The position numbers and the translations under genes were made by a program. The notes under the pieces are model-generated. The model had not been told where the DNA came from, ran no database searches, and saw nothing but the letters and a program-made list of their open reading frames with translations. This document shows positions 1 to 12,570 of a DNA stretch of 64,000 nucleotides, piece by piece; the first letter of the stretch is position 1; every line of letters starts with the position of its first letter. This DNA comes from Eledone cirrhosa (Eukaryota). The stretch covers positions 16,182,001 to 16,246,000 of the forward strand of contig OZ024748.1 in NCBI GenBank assembly GCA_964016885.1, written 5' to 3'.

Positions 1-535
1 TAGTGTTAAACTCAGCAATGAATTAAGGGTTGATCATCTAAAGAACTGAGAATGTAGACAGCCAAAACAAACATTGACTACGTGGACACATGAATCCATT
101 AGTAAAAGCATGGTGTACATTAATACCAAATCATCTTTAACCGAGAGTGTCAGCCATAATTTGTTTATTTTTGTTTTGGTGATGGTTGTCTTCTTATCTA
201 GTCGCTACACAACACCCATCGAGTGTGGTACTCAGAGCCTTTCCTATAGTATTAAGGTTTCAAGGTTGTTAAGTGTGCATGGATCTTCAAGATTGGTGCA
301 AACTAGAAGGTGCTCCATAGTTTGTAATTGCCTACATTGGCAGTTGGAACCATCATCTCTGATATATCCCACCATTCCTGAAGGGGATGGGGATGGTAGT
401 GATTAGTAACCATTGTCTGATTAATAATGTTATTAGCACCGCAAGATTTGATTTCAGAACTCTAAACAAACCATTGATTTGTTACACAATGTACCAGCTT
501 GAGAGACTGGGTGACTAAGAGTTAATTACATTTAC

Positions 536-620
536 CAGGAATACAAAACAACATGATTAAATGACACATTGAATTTTGATTCTTCAGTTAGTAGGCTGAC
601 ATTCCAAACATTTCCGCAAG
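536..620 (-). other. Candidate host-gene exon (acceptor at 621, possible donor at 535 or terminal exon)
   Basis: The minus strand reads tgttttgttgttgttgatttttatatatctacag|CTTGCGGAAATG, a U-rich tract with CAG. It leads into non-repetitive sequence (1-620). A possible donor is CTG|GTAAAT. No recognisable protein. Confidence 0.3.
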
Positions 621-2189
621 CTGTAGATATATAAAAATCAACAACAACAAAACACACACACACGCAAAAAGAAACACACACAAAAAACACACACACACAT
701 ACACTAACTGAAAAAAGTTGCAGTGAAAACTTTGAGAAAATTGATCACAGATTTTATTTAACAAATGTTACAAATATGTAATTTTGAAAAAAATATTTTA
801 TATAAGCAAAATAGATGTATATTTTTTTTAAATCCCCTAAAGTAATATGTTTGATTTGAAATGTTTTATATTAGATTGGTATTATTTTTGATTTGAAATA
901 AATGAAAAAAAAATGGAAATAATTCAGAAAACATTGTATTGAAAAAAATTTTTTTAAATAATTAAAAAAAATAATTAAAAAAAAATAACCCATGCTAGCG
1001 TGGAAAATGGATGTTAAACGAAGATGATGATGAGATGATGATACTCTCGAAAATATCACGAAAAGTTGGAGACAAAACATTTACAGGTGTGAAATCAAAA
1101 ATAAAGAATAGAAATATATAGCTGAAGATAGCTATTGTTGCCAAACCTGTTAGGAAAATGTTATTTTTATATTTTATATATATATTTTTTTTTTTTTTTT
1201 CATTATATTTTTCTTTTGTTCCAATTAAGTCTGTTTATTTACCTGGGAAATTTTGTATGCCTCACAACTAAAGTAACTTTGATATTTTAACAGTAAAGAA
1301 TGCCACATTCTGTTGCTAATTATCAATAAACAAAATTCATCATCATAGAATTGAATATTCTATTCTATGAGGCTTAATAATCCTAGAAACAATAATCATA
1401 CAATTAGACCTAGAAATGTTATTCAAGTCGGTATTCATTCTGGCTGTCTGCACTCTGAGTTCAAATCCCAGGAATGTCAACTTTGCCTTTCATCTTTTTG
1501 AGGTCGATAAAAAGAGTATCAGTTTAATAATGGTTTCTTATATAGGCACAAGACCAGCAATTAAATCAACCCCATTGCATTACTGGTACTTTATTTTATC
1601 AACCTCATAAGGATGAAAGGCAAAGTTAACCTCAGTGGGATTTGAACTCAGACTGTAAAGGTATGTAACTCTATGCTGCAAATCATGGCGTTCGACTCTC
1701 TACCGATACTGCCAATCCTCTACACTCTAGCAGTTTAATAATGGGGTCGATTCTTCCTCCACATCTCTTGCTCACTTCTCTCTATCACTCTCTATCCTTC
1801 TCTGAAAGAATTTGCTATGAGAGGAGATTGCCTTTGACAGGTTTAAAAAGGCTGTATGTTAATACAGTGACTCTATGACTTCATCAGGAGTTAAGGGTAC
1901 ATACCATACTATTGTAAATTAACACTTTTGTAGCTAACCTGCTCAAACCCAGCTCTGTTTCTAAGAAACAAAGTCATCCACTTTAAAGGGTTCCTATTTA
2001 AATTAAAATCTTCCAACATAATTTTATATGATAATGATATGTTAAGTTATATTACAAATACTATCGACCATTTTGTCACCAACCCAGTTAAAAACTAGTT
2101 CAAATGCTATGCAACAACACCATCTACTTTAAAAGGTTCCTTTTATATAATTTTATATAGAATTATATTTTAAGTTATTATTTTCTTCT

Positions 2190-2500
2190 TCTCCCTCTTT
2201 GCCCACATATTCCTGAGATGGTTGTGGAGCCAGAGTCCTCAAACACTCCCTCCAGTGTACTGTCAGAAGCAATCATCTCCAACTGATCTGGCTGGATCCC
2301 CAAGTGAGATCAGCCAAGCTCATGGATGTTATCCAACCATCTTGCTTGGGGTCTAACCATGGGTCTCTTGCCGGTTGGTTTTTCCTGTAACATCTGTCCA
2401 GTGATTCTTTCCTGAAACATTTTAACCACATGCCTTTAGTATCAGAGCTGTGATCTCTCAATTAGTGGCTCTACCTGGAGTGACTCTCTTATCTCCGAGC
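2190..2500 (-). mobile_element. Degenerate RTE-clade LINE 3' fragment
   Basis: The minus-strand translation has 'RDPWLDPKQDGWITSM..LTWGSSQISW', resembling the RTE C-terminal R-P-x-GRPR-x-RW region, with a (GAA/GGA)-rich tail. Confidence 0.45.
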
Positions 2501-2592
2501 TATGCACTTTATTATTAATGAAATAATTCATAATTTTTGTGAATCCCACAAAATTCTTCATTAATTGAATGAAATACAGTATGTCATTAGAA

Positions 2593-2792
2593 NNNNNNNN
2601 NNNNNNNNNNNNNNNNNNNNNNNNNNNNNNNNNNNNNNNNNNNNNNNNNNNNNNNNNNNNNNNNNNNNNNNNNNNNNNNNNNNNNNNNNNNNNNNNNNNN
2701 NNNNNNNNNNNNNNNNNNNNNNNNNNNNNNNNNNNNNNNNNNNNNNNNNNNNNNNNNNNNNNNNNNNNNNNNNNNNNNNNNNNNNNNNNNNN
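2593..2792. other. Assembly gap (200 N)
   Basis: Run of n characters. Confidence 1.
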
Positions 2793-3154
2793 TATTGAAC
2801 AATTAGCTACATTTATAATTATAATTCCTCTGGCTAAATTGTTGTATTTATTTAAGGGGAGGGAAACCTCAACTAAAATTCAATTACAGTAAAAATGCAT
2901 ACTTTCTTCCTTCCTGTCTTCCATCCTTCTTTTCCTTCTTCCTTTCTTTCTTTGTCTTTACATCATGTTTTATATTCTTCAAGAGTTTTCAATTATTCTT
3001 TCAAAATACAAGACATTAACCCTACTTATCTTTTAAAAGAGTACTAAGAATTTTTATTGAAAATGTATTATTTCCTACTAGTTTCTTCTAAGCAACATTT
3101 TCTTTTGTTTTACATTTTTTCCTAATTACAAAAAGATAAATAGATAAATAATAA

Positions 3155-3313
3155 TAATTGTTTCTACTTTTGGCACAAGGCCAGCAATTACACAATGCAT
3201 TACTGGTACTTTATTCTATCGACCCCGGAAGGATGAAAGGCAAAGTTAACCTCGGTGGGATTTGAACTCAGATCATACAGGGAGGTCTGAGTTGAAATCC
3301 CGCCGAGCTTAAC

Positions 3314-3344
<31 letters not shown>

Positions 3345-4570
3345 TTGTTTCTACTTTAGGCACAAGGCCAGCAATTACCCAGTGCATTACTGGTACTTTA
3401 TTTTATCGACCCCGTAAGGATGAAAGGCAAAGTTAACCTTTATAATAATAATAATAATAACAATAATAATAATTGTTTCTACTTTAGGCACAAGGCCAGT
3501 AATTACCCAGTGCATTACTGGTACTTTATTTTATCGACCCCGTAAGGTGAAAGGCAAAGTCAACCTCGGCGGGATTTGAACTCAGATCGTAAAGGGACGT
3601 AACTATGCTGGAAAGCATGGCGTCCGACCCTCTACCGATACTGCCAATCCACCGTTTAAAGTCCATTTTTCCGCACTAGCATGGGTTAAACATGTTGTTC
3701 CATTTAAGGCAAGTTGCGTCAGGTGGCTGACTTACACAGAACTGTTTCTGGCTTCGTTTCTACGGCTGTATGCCCTTCTTAATGCCAACTGCATTTATAG
3801 TGTGTGCTGCGTGCTTTTTGTCATAGCTCCTACAAGAACACTTGACTACTACAGGAACACTAATAGTAATAATAATAATAACAATAATAATTGTTTCTAC
3901 TTTTGTACATTACTGGTACGTTATTATAATAATTGTTTCTACTTTTGGCACAAGGCCAGAAATTATCCCAGCGTATTACTGGTACTTTATTTTATCGACC
4001 CCGTAAGGATGAAAGGCAAAGTTAACCTCGGCGGGATTTGAACTCAGTCCGTAAAGGGACGTAACTGTGTTGCAAAGTATGGTGTCCGACCCTCTACCAA
4101 TATTGCCAATCCACCGCCCTGATGAATTCTAGTATAGGCACAATGCCAGCAATTTTTGAGGAGGCGGGAAAGTCGATTAAATCGACCCCAGTACGTTACT
4201 AGTACTTATTTTATCGACCCCGTAAGGATAAAAGGCAAAGCTAACCTCGGTGGGTTTTGAAGTCATAATGTAAAGGGCCGTATCTTTATGCCCTAATAAT
4301 TGTTTCTACATTAGGCACAAGGCCAGCAATTATCTCAGTGTATTACTGGTACTTTATTTTATCGACCCCGTAAGGATGAAAGGCAAAGCTAACCTCGGTG
4401 GGTTTTGAAGTCATAATGTAAAGGGCCGTATCTTTATGCCCTAATAATGGTTTCTGATTTAGGCACAAGGCCAACAATTTTGATAGAAAGGAAAGTTGAT
4501 TAAAACGACTCCAATGCATGACTGGTATTTTATTTTATTGACCCTATAACTATGAAAGACAAAGCTAAAT
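3155..4570 (-). mobile_element. Cluster of about 7 full or partial copies of a tRNA-derived cephalopod-type SINE (OR/OK-like)
   Basis: Repeated unit ataattgtttctactttaggcacaaggccagc...ttttatcgaccccgtaaggatgaaaggcaaagt(c/t)aacctcggcgggatttgaactcaga...gccaatccaccgccc. The reverse complement has A-box-like TGGCAGTATCGG and B-box GAGTTCAAATCC, with (AAT)n tails. Confidence 0.9.
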
Positions 4571-4749
4571 AATAATTTATTTGGTGTCATGATAATGACA
4601 ATAACATAATTATTTTTTACAATCTATAAATTAGATTGCCATGGTAACTGTATTTTTTTTATTTCAAAAGGAAATAGATGATAAAATCAAAATTTATTAA
4701 ATTTTTGAAAATTTTGGAAATTTTTATTATCTGTCATACGCGTACTTAC

Positions 4750-5275
4750 ACCACCACCACCACCACCATTGCCACCATATATACACCACTAGCACCACCA
4801 CCATCACCATTGCCACCATATATACACCACTAGCACCACCACCATCACCATTACCACCATATACGCCACCACCACAACCACCACTGTCACCACTGCCACC
4901 AGCACTTCCATTGCCACCATATACGTCACAACCATCACCATCAACCCCCACTATTGTCACCACTGCCACCACCACCACCACCATTGCTACCATACACGCC
5001 ACCACTAGAACCATCACCACCACTGCCACCATACACGCCACCACTAGAACCACCACCAACACTGCCACCATATACGCCACCATTAGCGCCACCACCATCA
5101 ACCCCACTATTGTCACCACTGCCACCACCACCACCACCTTGCTACCATACATGCCACCACCACCACCACCACCTTGCTACCATACATGCCACCACCACCA
5201 CCACCACCACCACCTTGCTACCATACACGCCACCACTAGCACCACCACCATCACCACCGCCAAATCCTCTGCCAC
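4750..5275. repeat. Degenerate (CAC/ACC)n low-complexity tract
   Basis: accaccaccatcacc-type repeats. Confidence 0.95.
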
Positions 5276-5381
5276 CACTACTAAATCCAACACTGCTGCA
5301 AACACCGCTTCTGTGATGATGATGATGATGAGGAGGAAGAGGATAACGATTATGATGATGATGATGATGTTGATGATGACC

Positions 5382-5382
<1 letters not shown>

Positions 5383-5465
<83 letters not shown>
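5383..5465. repeat. (CAG)n microsatellite
   Basis: About 27 perfect CAG units, preceded by (GAT)n. Confidence 0.98.
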
Positions 5466-5467
<2 letters not shown>

Positions 5468-5584
5468 CAATTTCTGGCTTTTGCAAAATAATTATTTATT
5501 ATTCATCAAAAATTCTAACTAAGGCTAAATATTTAGAGTTCAACCTAATTAAATTAACCAATACAGTATGGTGACCTGTGGAGG

Positions 5585-6260
5585 GGGTGGTGGTGGTGGT
5601 GGTGGCGTATTGTGGTGGGGATGGTGATGGTGGTGGTGAATTGTGGTGGGGATGGTGGTGGTGGTGAATTGAACAAGATGATGATGGTGGGGGTAGTGGT
5701 GATGCTGGTGATAGTGAGGGTGGTGGTGGTGAACAAGATGATGATGGTGGGGGTAGTGGTGATGGTGGGGGTGGGGGTGGTGGGGCTGAACAAGATGATG
5801 ATGGTGGGGGTAGTGGTGATGGTGGTGATGGTGAGGGTGGTGGTGGTGAACAAGATGATGATGGTGGGGGTAGTGGTGATGGTGGTGATGGTGAACATGC
5901 TGATGATGGTGGGGGTAGTGGTGATGGTGGGGGTGGTGAACAAGATGATGATGGTGGAGGTAGTGGTGATGGTGGTGATGGTGGTGAACATGCTGATGAT
6001 GGTGGGGTAGTGGTGATGTTGGGGGTGGTGAACAAGATTATGATGGTGGGGGTAGTAGTGATGGTGGGGGTGGTGAGGGTGGTGAACAAGATGATGATGG
6101 TGGGGGTAGTTGTGATGGTGGGGGTGGGAGGGGTGGTGAACAAGATGATGGTGGGGGTAGTGGTGATGGTGGTGATGGTGGTGGTGGTGAACATGCTGAT
6201 GATGGTGGGGCTGGGGGTGGTGATGGTGGGGGGTAGTGGTGGTGAACATGCTGATGGTGG
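5585..6260. repeat. GGT/GAT-derived minisatellite, unit about 50-60 bp (gaacaagatgatgatggtgggggtagtggtgatggtgg...)
   Basis: About 11 recurrences of gaaca(a/t)g..gatgatggtgggggtagtggtgatg. Confidence 0.9.
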
Positions 6261-6409
6261 GGATGACGGTGATGATGGTGGTCATCGAGATGAACATGAT
6301 AATGAGGAGGCTGAGGATGGTGACAACTGCAGAGTTAATTATGATGATGATGATGATAGTGATAATGTGGGTGGAGGGTGTTGAGGAGGTTGACGATAAT
6401 GATATTTAA

Positions 6410-7300
6410 AAGTGGTGATGATGATGATGGTGATGATGATGGTAGTGGTGGTGGTGGTGTTGATGATGGTGATGAGGGCGATGATGATAAAATTATGATG
6501 ATGACAATGATGATGACATTGATGGTGATGATAATGATAATGATGATTATGATGATGATGATGATGATAATGATGATGATAATGATGACAATGATGATGA
6601 CAGTGATGATGATGATGATAATGACAATGATGATGATGATAATGATGATGATAATGATGATGACAGTGATGATGATGACAATGATGATGATAATGATGAT
6701 GACAATGATGATGATGACAATGATGATGATAATGATGATGACAATGATGATGATAATGATGATGATAATGATGACAATGATGATGACAATGATGATGACA
6801 ATGATGATGATGACAATGATGATGATAATGATGATGACAATGATGATGATGACAATGATGATGTCAATGATGATGACAATGATGATGACAATGATGATGA
6901 TGACAATGATGATGATAATGATGATGACAATGATGATGATGACAATGATGATGATAATGATGATGACAATGATGATGATGACAATGATGATGACAATGAT
7001 GATGACAGTGATGATGATGACAATGATGATGATAATGATGATGACAATGATGATGATGACAATGATGATGTCAATGATGATGACAATGATGATAATGATG
7101 ATGACAATGACGATGATGATAATGATGATGACAATGATGATGATGACGATGATGATGATGACAATGATGATGACAATGATGATGATGATGACAGTGATGA
7201 TGACAGTGATGATGACAATGATGATGACAAGGATGATGATGACAATGATGATGACAATGATGATGATGACAGTGATGATGATGACAATGATGATGATGAG
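6410..7300. repeat. Compound (GAT)n/(GATGATGACAAT)n satellite
   Basis: About 890 bp of GAT with GAC/AAT variants. Confidence 0.97.
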
Positions 7301-7727
7301 TTAATGTATATCAATGCTGCAAGGATGATAAAGTAATTATGATATATTTATTGTAGACAAGAACTATAACAGTTTCATCATGAATAAAGAACCTTTTGAA
7401 ATTACATTACTCCTCCTCCCCCTCCTGCTCTTCCTCCTCCTCTCCCCTTGCTCTCCTCTTCCTCCTCCTCACCCCTTCCTCTTCCTCTCCCCCTCGAGAA
7501 ATAGCTTGATTAAAAGTTTAAGAAAATGTGTGCATATATGTGTATATGTTTTTCTATGAATGTGTCTGTCATATTTTCATGCACATGTGTGTGTGTGTGT
7601 GTGTGTGTGGAGTGTGTGTGTGTGGAGTGTGTATGTGCATCTGTTTGTGTATTAAATGTGAAGGATTTAGAGAGCAAGTGATGTAAGATCTGGCATAAAT
7701 GTTAGAGAGAGAAATAGTGTGTGACTG

Positions 7728-7763
<36 letters not shown>

Positions 7764-7929
7764 GAGATAGATAAATATACACGGGTGTGTATGATTGTGT
7801 ATAGAAAATTATATTAATAAGAGGAATTCCAACTTTGTCTGATTTACTCGTTTTATTTACAATCCTATAAAATTTATAATGGTATAATAATGAAATAGTA
7901 TGATAGAATATTAAATTCTAAGTGTTAAT

Positions 7930-7968
7930 TGAACAAGTACTTTCATGCTTTCACAATCTTCAGGTTCA
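7930..7968 (-). ncRNA. Minimal type-I hammerhead ribozyme-like motif (left-arm copy)
   Basis: Reverse complement reads UGAAC CUGAAGA UUGUGAAAGCAU GAAA GUAC UU GUUCA. Confidence 0.65.
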
Positions 7969-8019
7969 TAATATGTGGTGACAGTCGAAAATTGCAAACT
8001 TGACTGTCACCACATTTTA

Positions 8020-8058
8020 TGAACCTGAAGATTGTGAAAGCATGAAAGTACTTGTTCA
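8020..8058 (+). ncRNA. Minimal type-I hammerhead ribozyme-like motif
   Basis: Stem I UGAAC/GUUCA, core CUGAAGA (8025-8031), stem II UGU-GAAA-GCA, GAAA (8044-8047), palindromic stem III A-GUAC-U, site CUU. Confidence 0.65.
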
Positions 8059-8170
8059 ATTAACACTTAGAATTTAATATTCTATCATACTATTTCATTA
8101 TAATACCATTATAAATGTTAAAGGATTGTAAATAAAACGAGTAAATCAGACAAAGTTGGAATTCCTCTTA

Positions 8171-8212
<42 letters not shown>

Positions 8213-8220
<8 letters not shown>

Positions 8221-8440
8221 TACAAATATTAATAAAATAGATGTTCTTGTGATCAATAAAATTTTATTATACATATTTCAGAGGTACCTTGATTAAATCT
8301 TAACCATTTAACATCTCAGGGTATGTCATGTATCATTTTATTTTATCTGATGAAGACGTACTGTTGTACCTCTGAAATATGTATAATAAAATGTAATTGA
8401 TCACAAGAACATCTATTTTATTAATATTTGTATTTTAATA
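8213..8440. mobile_element. Second fold-back (about 75-bp arms), Penelope-like pLTR remnant
   Basis: 8213-8287 pairs with 8366-8440, and it begins at a (TA)n run. Confidence 0.75.
8340..8392 (+). ncRNA. Type-I hammerhead ribozyme motif
   Basis: Stem I AUUUUAU/AUAAAAU, core CUGAUGA (8347-8353), stem II AGAcGUAC-UGUU-GUACcUCU, GAAA (8374-8377), stem III A-UAUGUA-U, site AUA. Confidence 0.75.
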
Positions 8441-8654
8441 TTAATAACTCTGGAGAATATTTTTACTGTAGAGTGCTTCCAATCTACTGTAAAACCCATT
8501 CTTTGATGTACTGATTGAATCTTGTTTAACTCTTTAATATATATATATATACACACACGTATGTATAGTTTAATCCTCACAATAGTTTCGATGTATGCGT
8601 TTGTACATACATATGTGTGTATGTATGTATATGTATATATATATATATATATAT

Positions 8655-8752
8655 ACAGAATGTCCCCCCAAAAATGTATACACACTTCAACAGCAAACAA
8701 ATATTGCCTGTACAGGTAATAAAAGTATGTATACCTTTTTGGGGGATACCAT
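8655..8752. mobile_element. Short Tc1/mariner-type MITE
   Basis: Imperfect TIRs tgtccccccaaaaatgtatac ... gtatacctttttgggggatac in TA context. A related copy lies at about 14716-14798. Confidence 0.55.
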
Positions 8753-9335
8753 ATAAATAAGCATATATTTATATTCTTGTCATCACAAATCTTGGCTTGT
8801 GATCCTCTTCTAGTTCTTCCTTGTGTAGTCTCAGACCACAAAAGAACTTCCCTAACAATTTCATCTTTAACTTTTCAGCAATCCCTGTAAATATGACCCT
8901 TTGCTCTTTAGTATGAAATTCCATTAATCCATATTACCAAACAAATCCCATCTGATTTGGTTATTTCAAAAGCATTGGTATTTGAAGGGAGACAACATAG
9001 GGTTGAGAAGATCTGTTTTGTTCCTGCTGATGAAAGAACAACCTCTTTAGTGCTGGTGCCATGATAAAATATATCTAGTGCATTCTATGAAAGGTTTGGT
9101 GTTAGGAAGGGCTTGCAGCCATAGGACTGATGCCAAAAATGGAATATATATAGGCAAGACATGGTTCTCCAAACTATTTTGACTGTAGCTACCCTCTTCC
9201 ATCCATGCCAGCATGAAAAATCAACATAAAATAATTGATGATGATGATAATGATCATGTTTGTAAAGATGGTAGTGGTAGTGAAAGTGATGATGAGATGA
9301 TAATGAGGCTGATGATGATGATAATTGTAAAGATA

Positions 9336-9526
9336 ATTGTTTCTATTTTAGGCACAAGGCCAGCAATTATCCAGTACATTACTGGTACTTTATTTTATAT
9401 CGACCCCGTAAGGATGAAAGGCAAAGTTAACCTCGGCGGCATTTGAACTCAGATCATAAAGGGACGTAACTCTATGCTTCAAAGCATGGTGTCCGACTCT
9501 CTACCGATACTGCCAATCCACCACCC
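9336..9526 (-). mobile_element. Full-length tRNA-derived SINE copy
   Basis: Same consensus as 3155-4570. Confidence 0.9.
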
Positions 9527-10333
9527 TTGTAAAGATAATGGTGGTGGTAGTGACATTGATGATGATAATGAGGCTAATGATGATGATGATGATGATTGTA
9601 AAGATGGTGGCAGTGACAGTGAAGATGATGATGATGATGACAATGATATTGAGGCTGTTGTTGATGATAACACATATCAATCTTGTATCAAAATTTATAG
9701 TCCTTCCCCCTCCTCCATCACCCCCTCTTCTTCCTCCTCCTCCAATCTGTATAACACCAACATCATTTAGCTTCCATACAATAATTCTACTAAACCACAA
9801 CATACACCATTACTCAGCAATCTTATCTGAATAGTTTCCTTGCCAAAAACAAAAGACTTCTAATAGTTCTAGAAACATTATAAACACCACCAATTTATCT
9901 AACACCATTATAGTGAAATAATTGTAATTTATTCCTATCTTATCTTTATTCCAAGTTATATGGCAGTATTATTATACCTATAACTACAACACATTACTAC
10001 ACACTACCTAAATTTCCCCACCATGACCACCCACTTACTACTTTCTTGTGTTTCTTTGTCTTAGGCCTTCTCACTAAATATCTTATAGAATAATTTTCTT
10101 ATATTTTCTCTCTTTGAGGTCACACAAGTTAACATATTTTATTCATTATCGATATTTCTTATCATAATGACGTCTCTCACTAAAATTTAAATAATTAGAT
10201 GCAGATATTACCTTTGTACACTTCACTTAACCCTATACATACACACATAAAATAACAGTTAAGCAAAATCTTATAAAATACGACTTCTCTTCCATTCTTT
10301 CTTGTCCAATGAATTAGTTTTTTTCTTAAATAT

Positions 10334-10798
10334 TAACCTTTTTCATACCAACCCAGGCAAAACAAACCCTGGTTCTATGGTAAAAAAGCACAAATTTAAA
10401 AGGGTTCTTATTTGATGTTTTTTTATATTAACCCTTGAAAACCCAATGCTGGTTTAATGATAAAAACCAACCCATTTGAAAGTATTCTTATTTGATCTTT
10501 TTTATATAAACCCTGGCAAAATCAACCCTGGTTCTATGATAGAAAACCACCCAATTGAAAGGGTTCTTATTTTACCCATTTGATACTAACCCAGTTAAGG
10601 CTGCCTCTTGTTTTATGAAACAAAACCATTTATTTTAAAAGAGTTATATTTAAATTAAAATCTTCTTACTTGATTATATATAAGTAACATATATTAAATT
10701 ACTATCATAATTAATAATTTTAACAATTCCTTGAAAATTCATCATTAATTAATTGAAATAGCATGTATTTCATTAGAAATAAGGTTGTGAATGAGTTA
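10334..10798. mobile_element. Degenerate TTAACCC-terminated MITE family, several partial tandem ends
   Basis: Repeated aacccagg..ggttctatgatagaaaaccacccaattgaaagggttcttattt. Homologous pieces lie at about 1920-2160, 21080-21380, 31918-32425 and 58330-58755. Confidence 0.55.
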
Positions 10799-11130
10799 AG
10801 GCACGTTTTTTCATACCATTCTTTTTTGTTATATTTCAAACACATCCTTCTTATCATCCTACGCTTCTCTATTTCTTGGAATATCTATATATTCAGATCT
10901 TTTGTCATCTTTTCATATTAAATCAATGAATTGTAAATAATTTAAGATTCAGTTAAAATAAAATTAAAATATTGAATATTGTATATCATTCTCCACTTCA
11001 TTATAAACTAGTGTCATGTTATTTTTTAAAACGTTTAGTTATTTGTTTGAGGAACAGTCATACTTATATACTTACATATACAGGGTGCAGACGATATTTG
11101 TTCGCAAGATTATTGTCTAGGAAAAATAAG

Positions 11131-11525
11131 ACATCATCATCTCATCATCATCATTTTATCTCCGCTTTTCCCTGCCTGTAAGGGTGGGACGGGAACTGAT
11201 TCTGGCTCGATTTCTACAGCTGGATGCCCTTCCTAACACCAACCTCATTTACAGTGAGTGCTGGGTGCTTTTTTTCCGTGGCGCCTACACATCCACTTTA
11301 CAGTGTGGGCTGGGTGCTTTTTTGCCGTGGCACCTCCATGACCACTTTACAGTGGAATGATAGGGACCCCAGTCCTATCATCTCATTTCTACAGCAGAGT
11401 AAACTGGAACAATGTGAAATAAAGTGTCTTGCTCAAGGTAACAACACATCACCCGGTCTGAGAATTGAACTCACAACCTTTCGATTGCAAGCCCAATGCT
11501 CTAACCACTAAGCCATGTCCCTCCA
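11131..11525 (-). mobile_element. Nested RTE-tail element plus second SINE family inside the transposon
   Basis: catcat tail plus gctggatgcccttcctaacaccaacc (RTE 3' UTR-like), then aagtgtcttgctcaagg...aattgaactcacaacc...ctaaccactaagcca (tRNA-head SINE). Confidence 0.75.
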
Positions 11526-11616
11526 CAGTAGTTATAAAAATAACACAGTAGTTTTATTTTTTAAGATATATTTATCAAACTTGGGTCAGTTTGTCTTCAT
11601 GACTTGTTCTTTCGAT

Positions 11617-12570
11617 CTCACTCGATAAACCCACCATTGGCTTTGATGACGGCCTCAAGGCGGCCTCGGAACTGGCTACAGTCCTTCGTCACTGTCCCCT
11701 GACTTAGGCCCCTAGAGGCAATTGTGATCCTGGCCTCAGATCGTCTTTCGTATTGCAGCTAGATCTGTTGGTGTCTCGTTCCACTGCGCCCCACACAAAG
11801 AAGTCGAGGGGGTTGCAGTCAGGCGAGCTGGGAGGCCAGATGTCAGGTGAAGTGTGGTCGACGAAGTTCTCTGACAGCCAGGCTTGGGTCTTTTGGCTGG
11901 TATGGCAGGGTGCTGAGTCTTGCTGCCACACGTACGGCCTACTTGCCGCTACCTGGTCAATCCAGGGCTTTACTACCTCGCTCAGAACGCGGATGTAACC
12001 ATCGGTGTTCAGCTTGAAGCCCTCAGCGAAGAAGTGAGGTGGCATGACGTCACCTTCACTAGACCTAAGACCAATGTTGTCGCTGGAAACTTTGTCTGCA
12101 TGGCTCTGGATGAGACAGCGAGCCACCTGTTGTTCTGGGAGTTGATCTTCTGGTCTTGGCAGAAGTTTTTCTCGTCGGAGAAAAACCACAGCATGTCTGG
12201 CTCCAGTGGGTGTTTCAACTTCAGTCGCTTTTCTTACATCACCTTTGACAGAAATTGTCCTTTCCTCATCTTGTATGAAACGTAGTGAATGTCTTCATGT
12301 ACCACCAGCCTAATGAGCTTTTCATCCACGCCTTTCTCCCTTGCAATGGCACGCATTGACTTGCTAAGTTCATTGTTGATGATATCCTGAACTTCAGCGA
12401 TGAACTCGGGCGTTCTGAATGTGTTTTCCTCTCTGATGTTGCTTCATAGTCGAATCCTGAATCTTCCAATTCCTTTCTGACCTTTTCCACCATTCTCCTG
12501 CTGATGCTGAGAAAGTCTGAAGTTTCCTTATTTGTCCTCCCGGCACGGATTCCAAGAAGAACTCCGTGTC
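11617..12570 (-). pseudogene. Frameshifted DD37D transposase
   Basis: Fragments in three frames: an N-terminal HTH-like region, WFFSDEK, and YVWQQDSAPCH...WPPSSPDCNPLDFFVWG. There are 37 residues between the second and third catalytic Asp. Confidence 0.9.

Larger units (their letters stand above)
7811..8177. mobile_element. Fold-back inverted repeat (about 176-bp arms), probable inverted pseudo-LTR of a Penelope-like element
   Basis: 7811-7986 is the near-perfect reverse complement of 8002-8177, with a 15-nt spacer. It ends in (TA)n and each arm carries a hammerhead motif. Confidence 0.8.

Noticed and set aside
74-406. 110-aa plus-strand ORF
   Set aside because: Non-ATG start and no recognisable domain. 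The splice signal suggests the opposite strand or UTR.
4727-7334. Long Thr/Pro/His/Met/Ser/Asp-rich ORFs, including an open poly-Asp/Asn frame of about 280 codons resembling acidic shell proteins
   Set aside because: They are open in several frames and on both strands only because trinucleotide repeats lack stops. There is no start, signal peptide or splice context.
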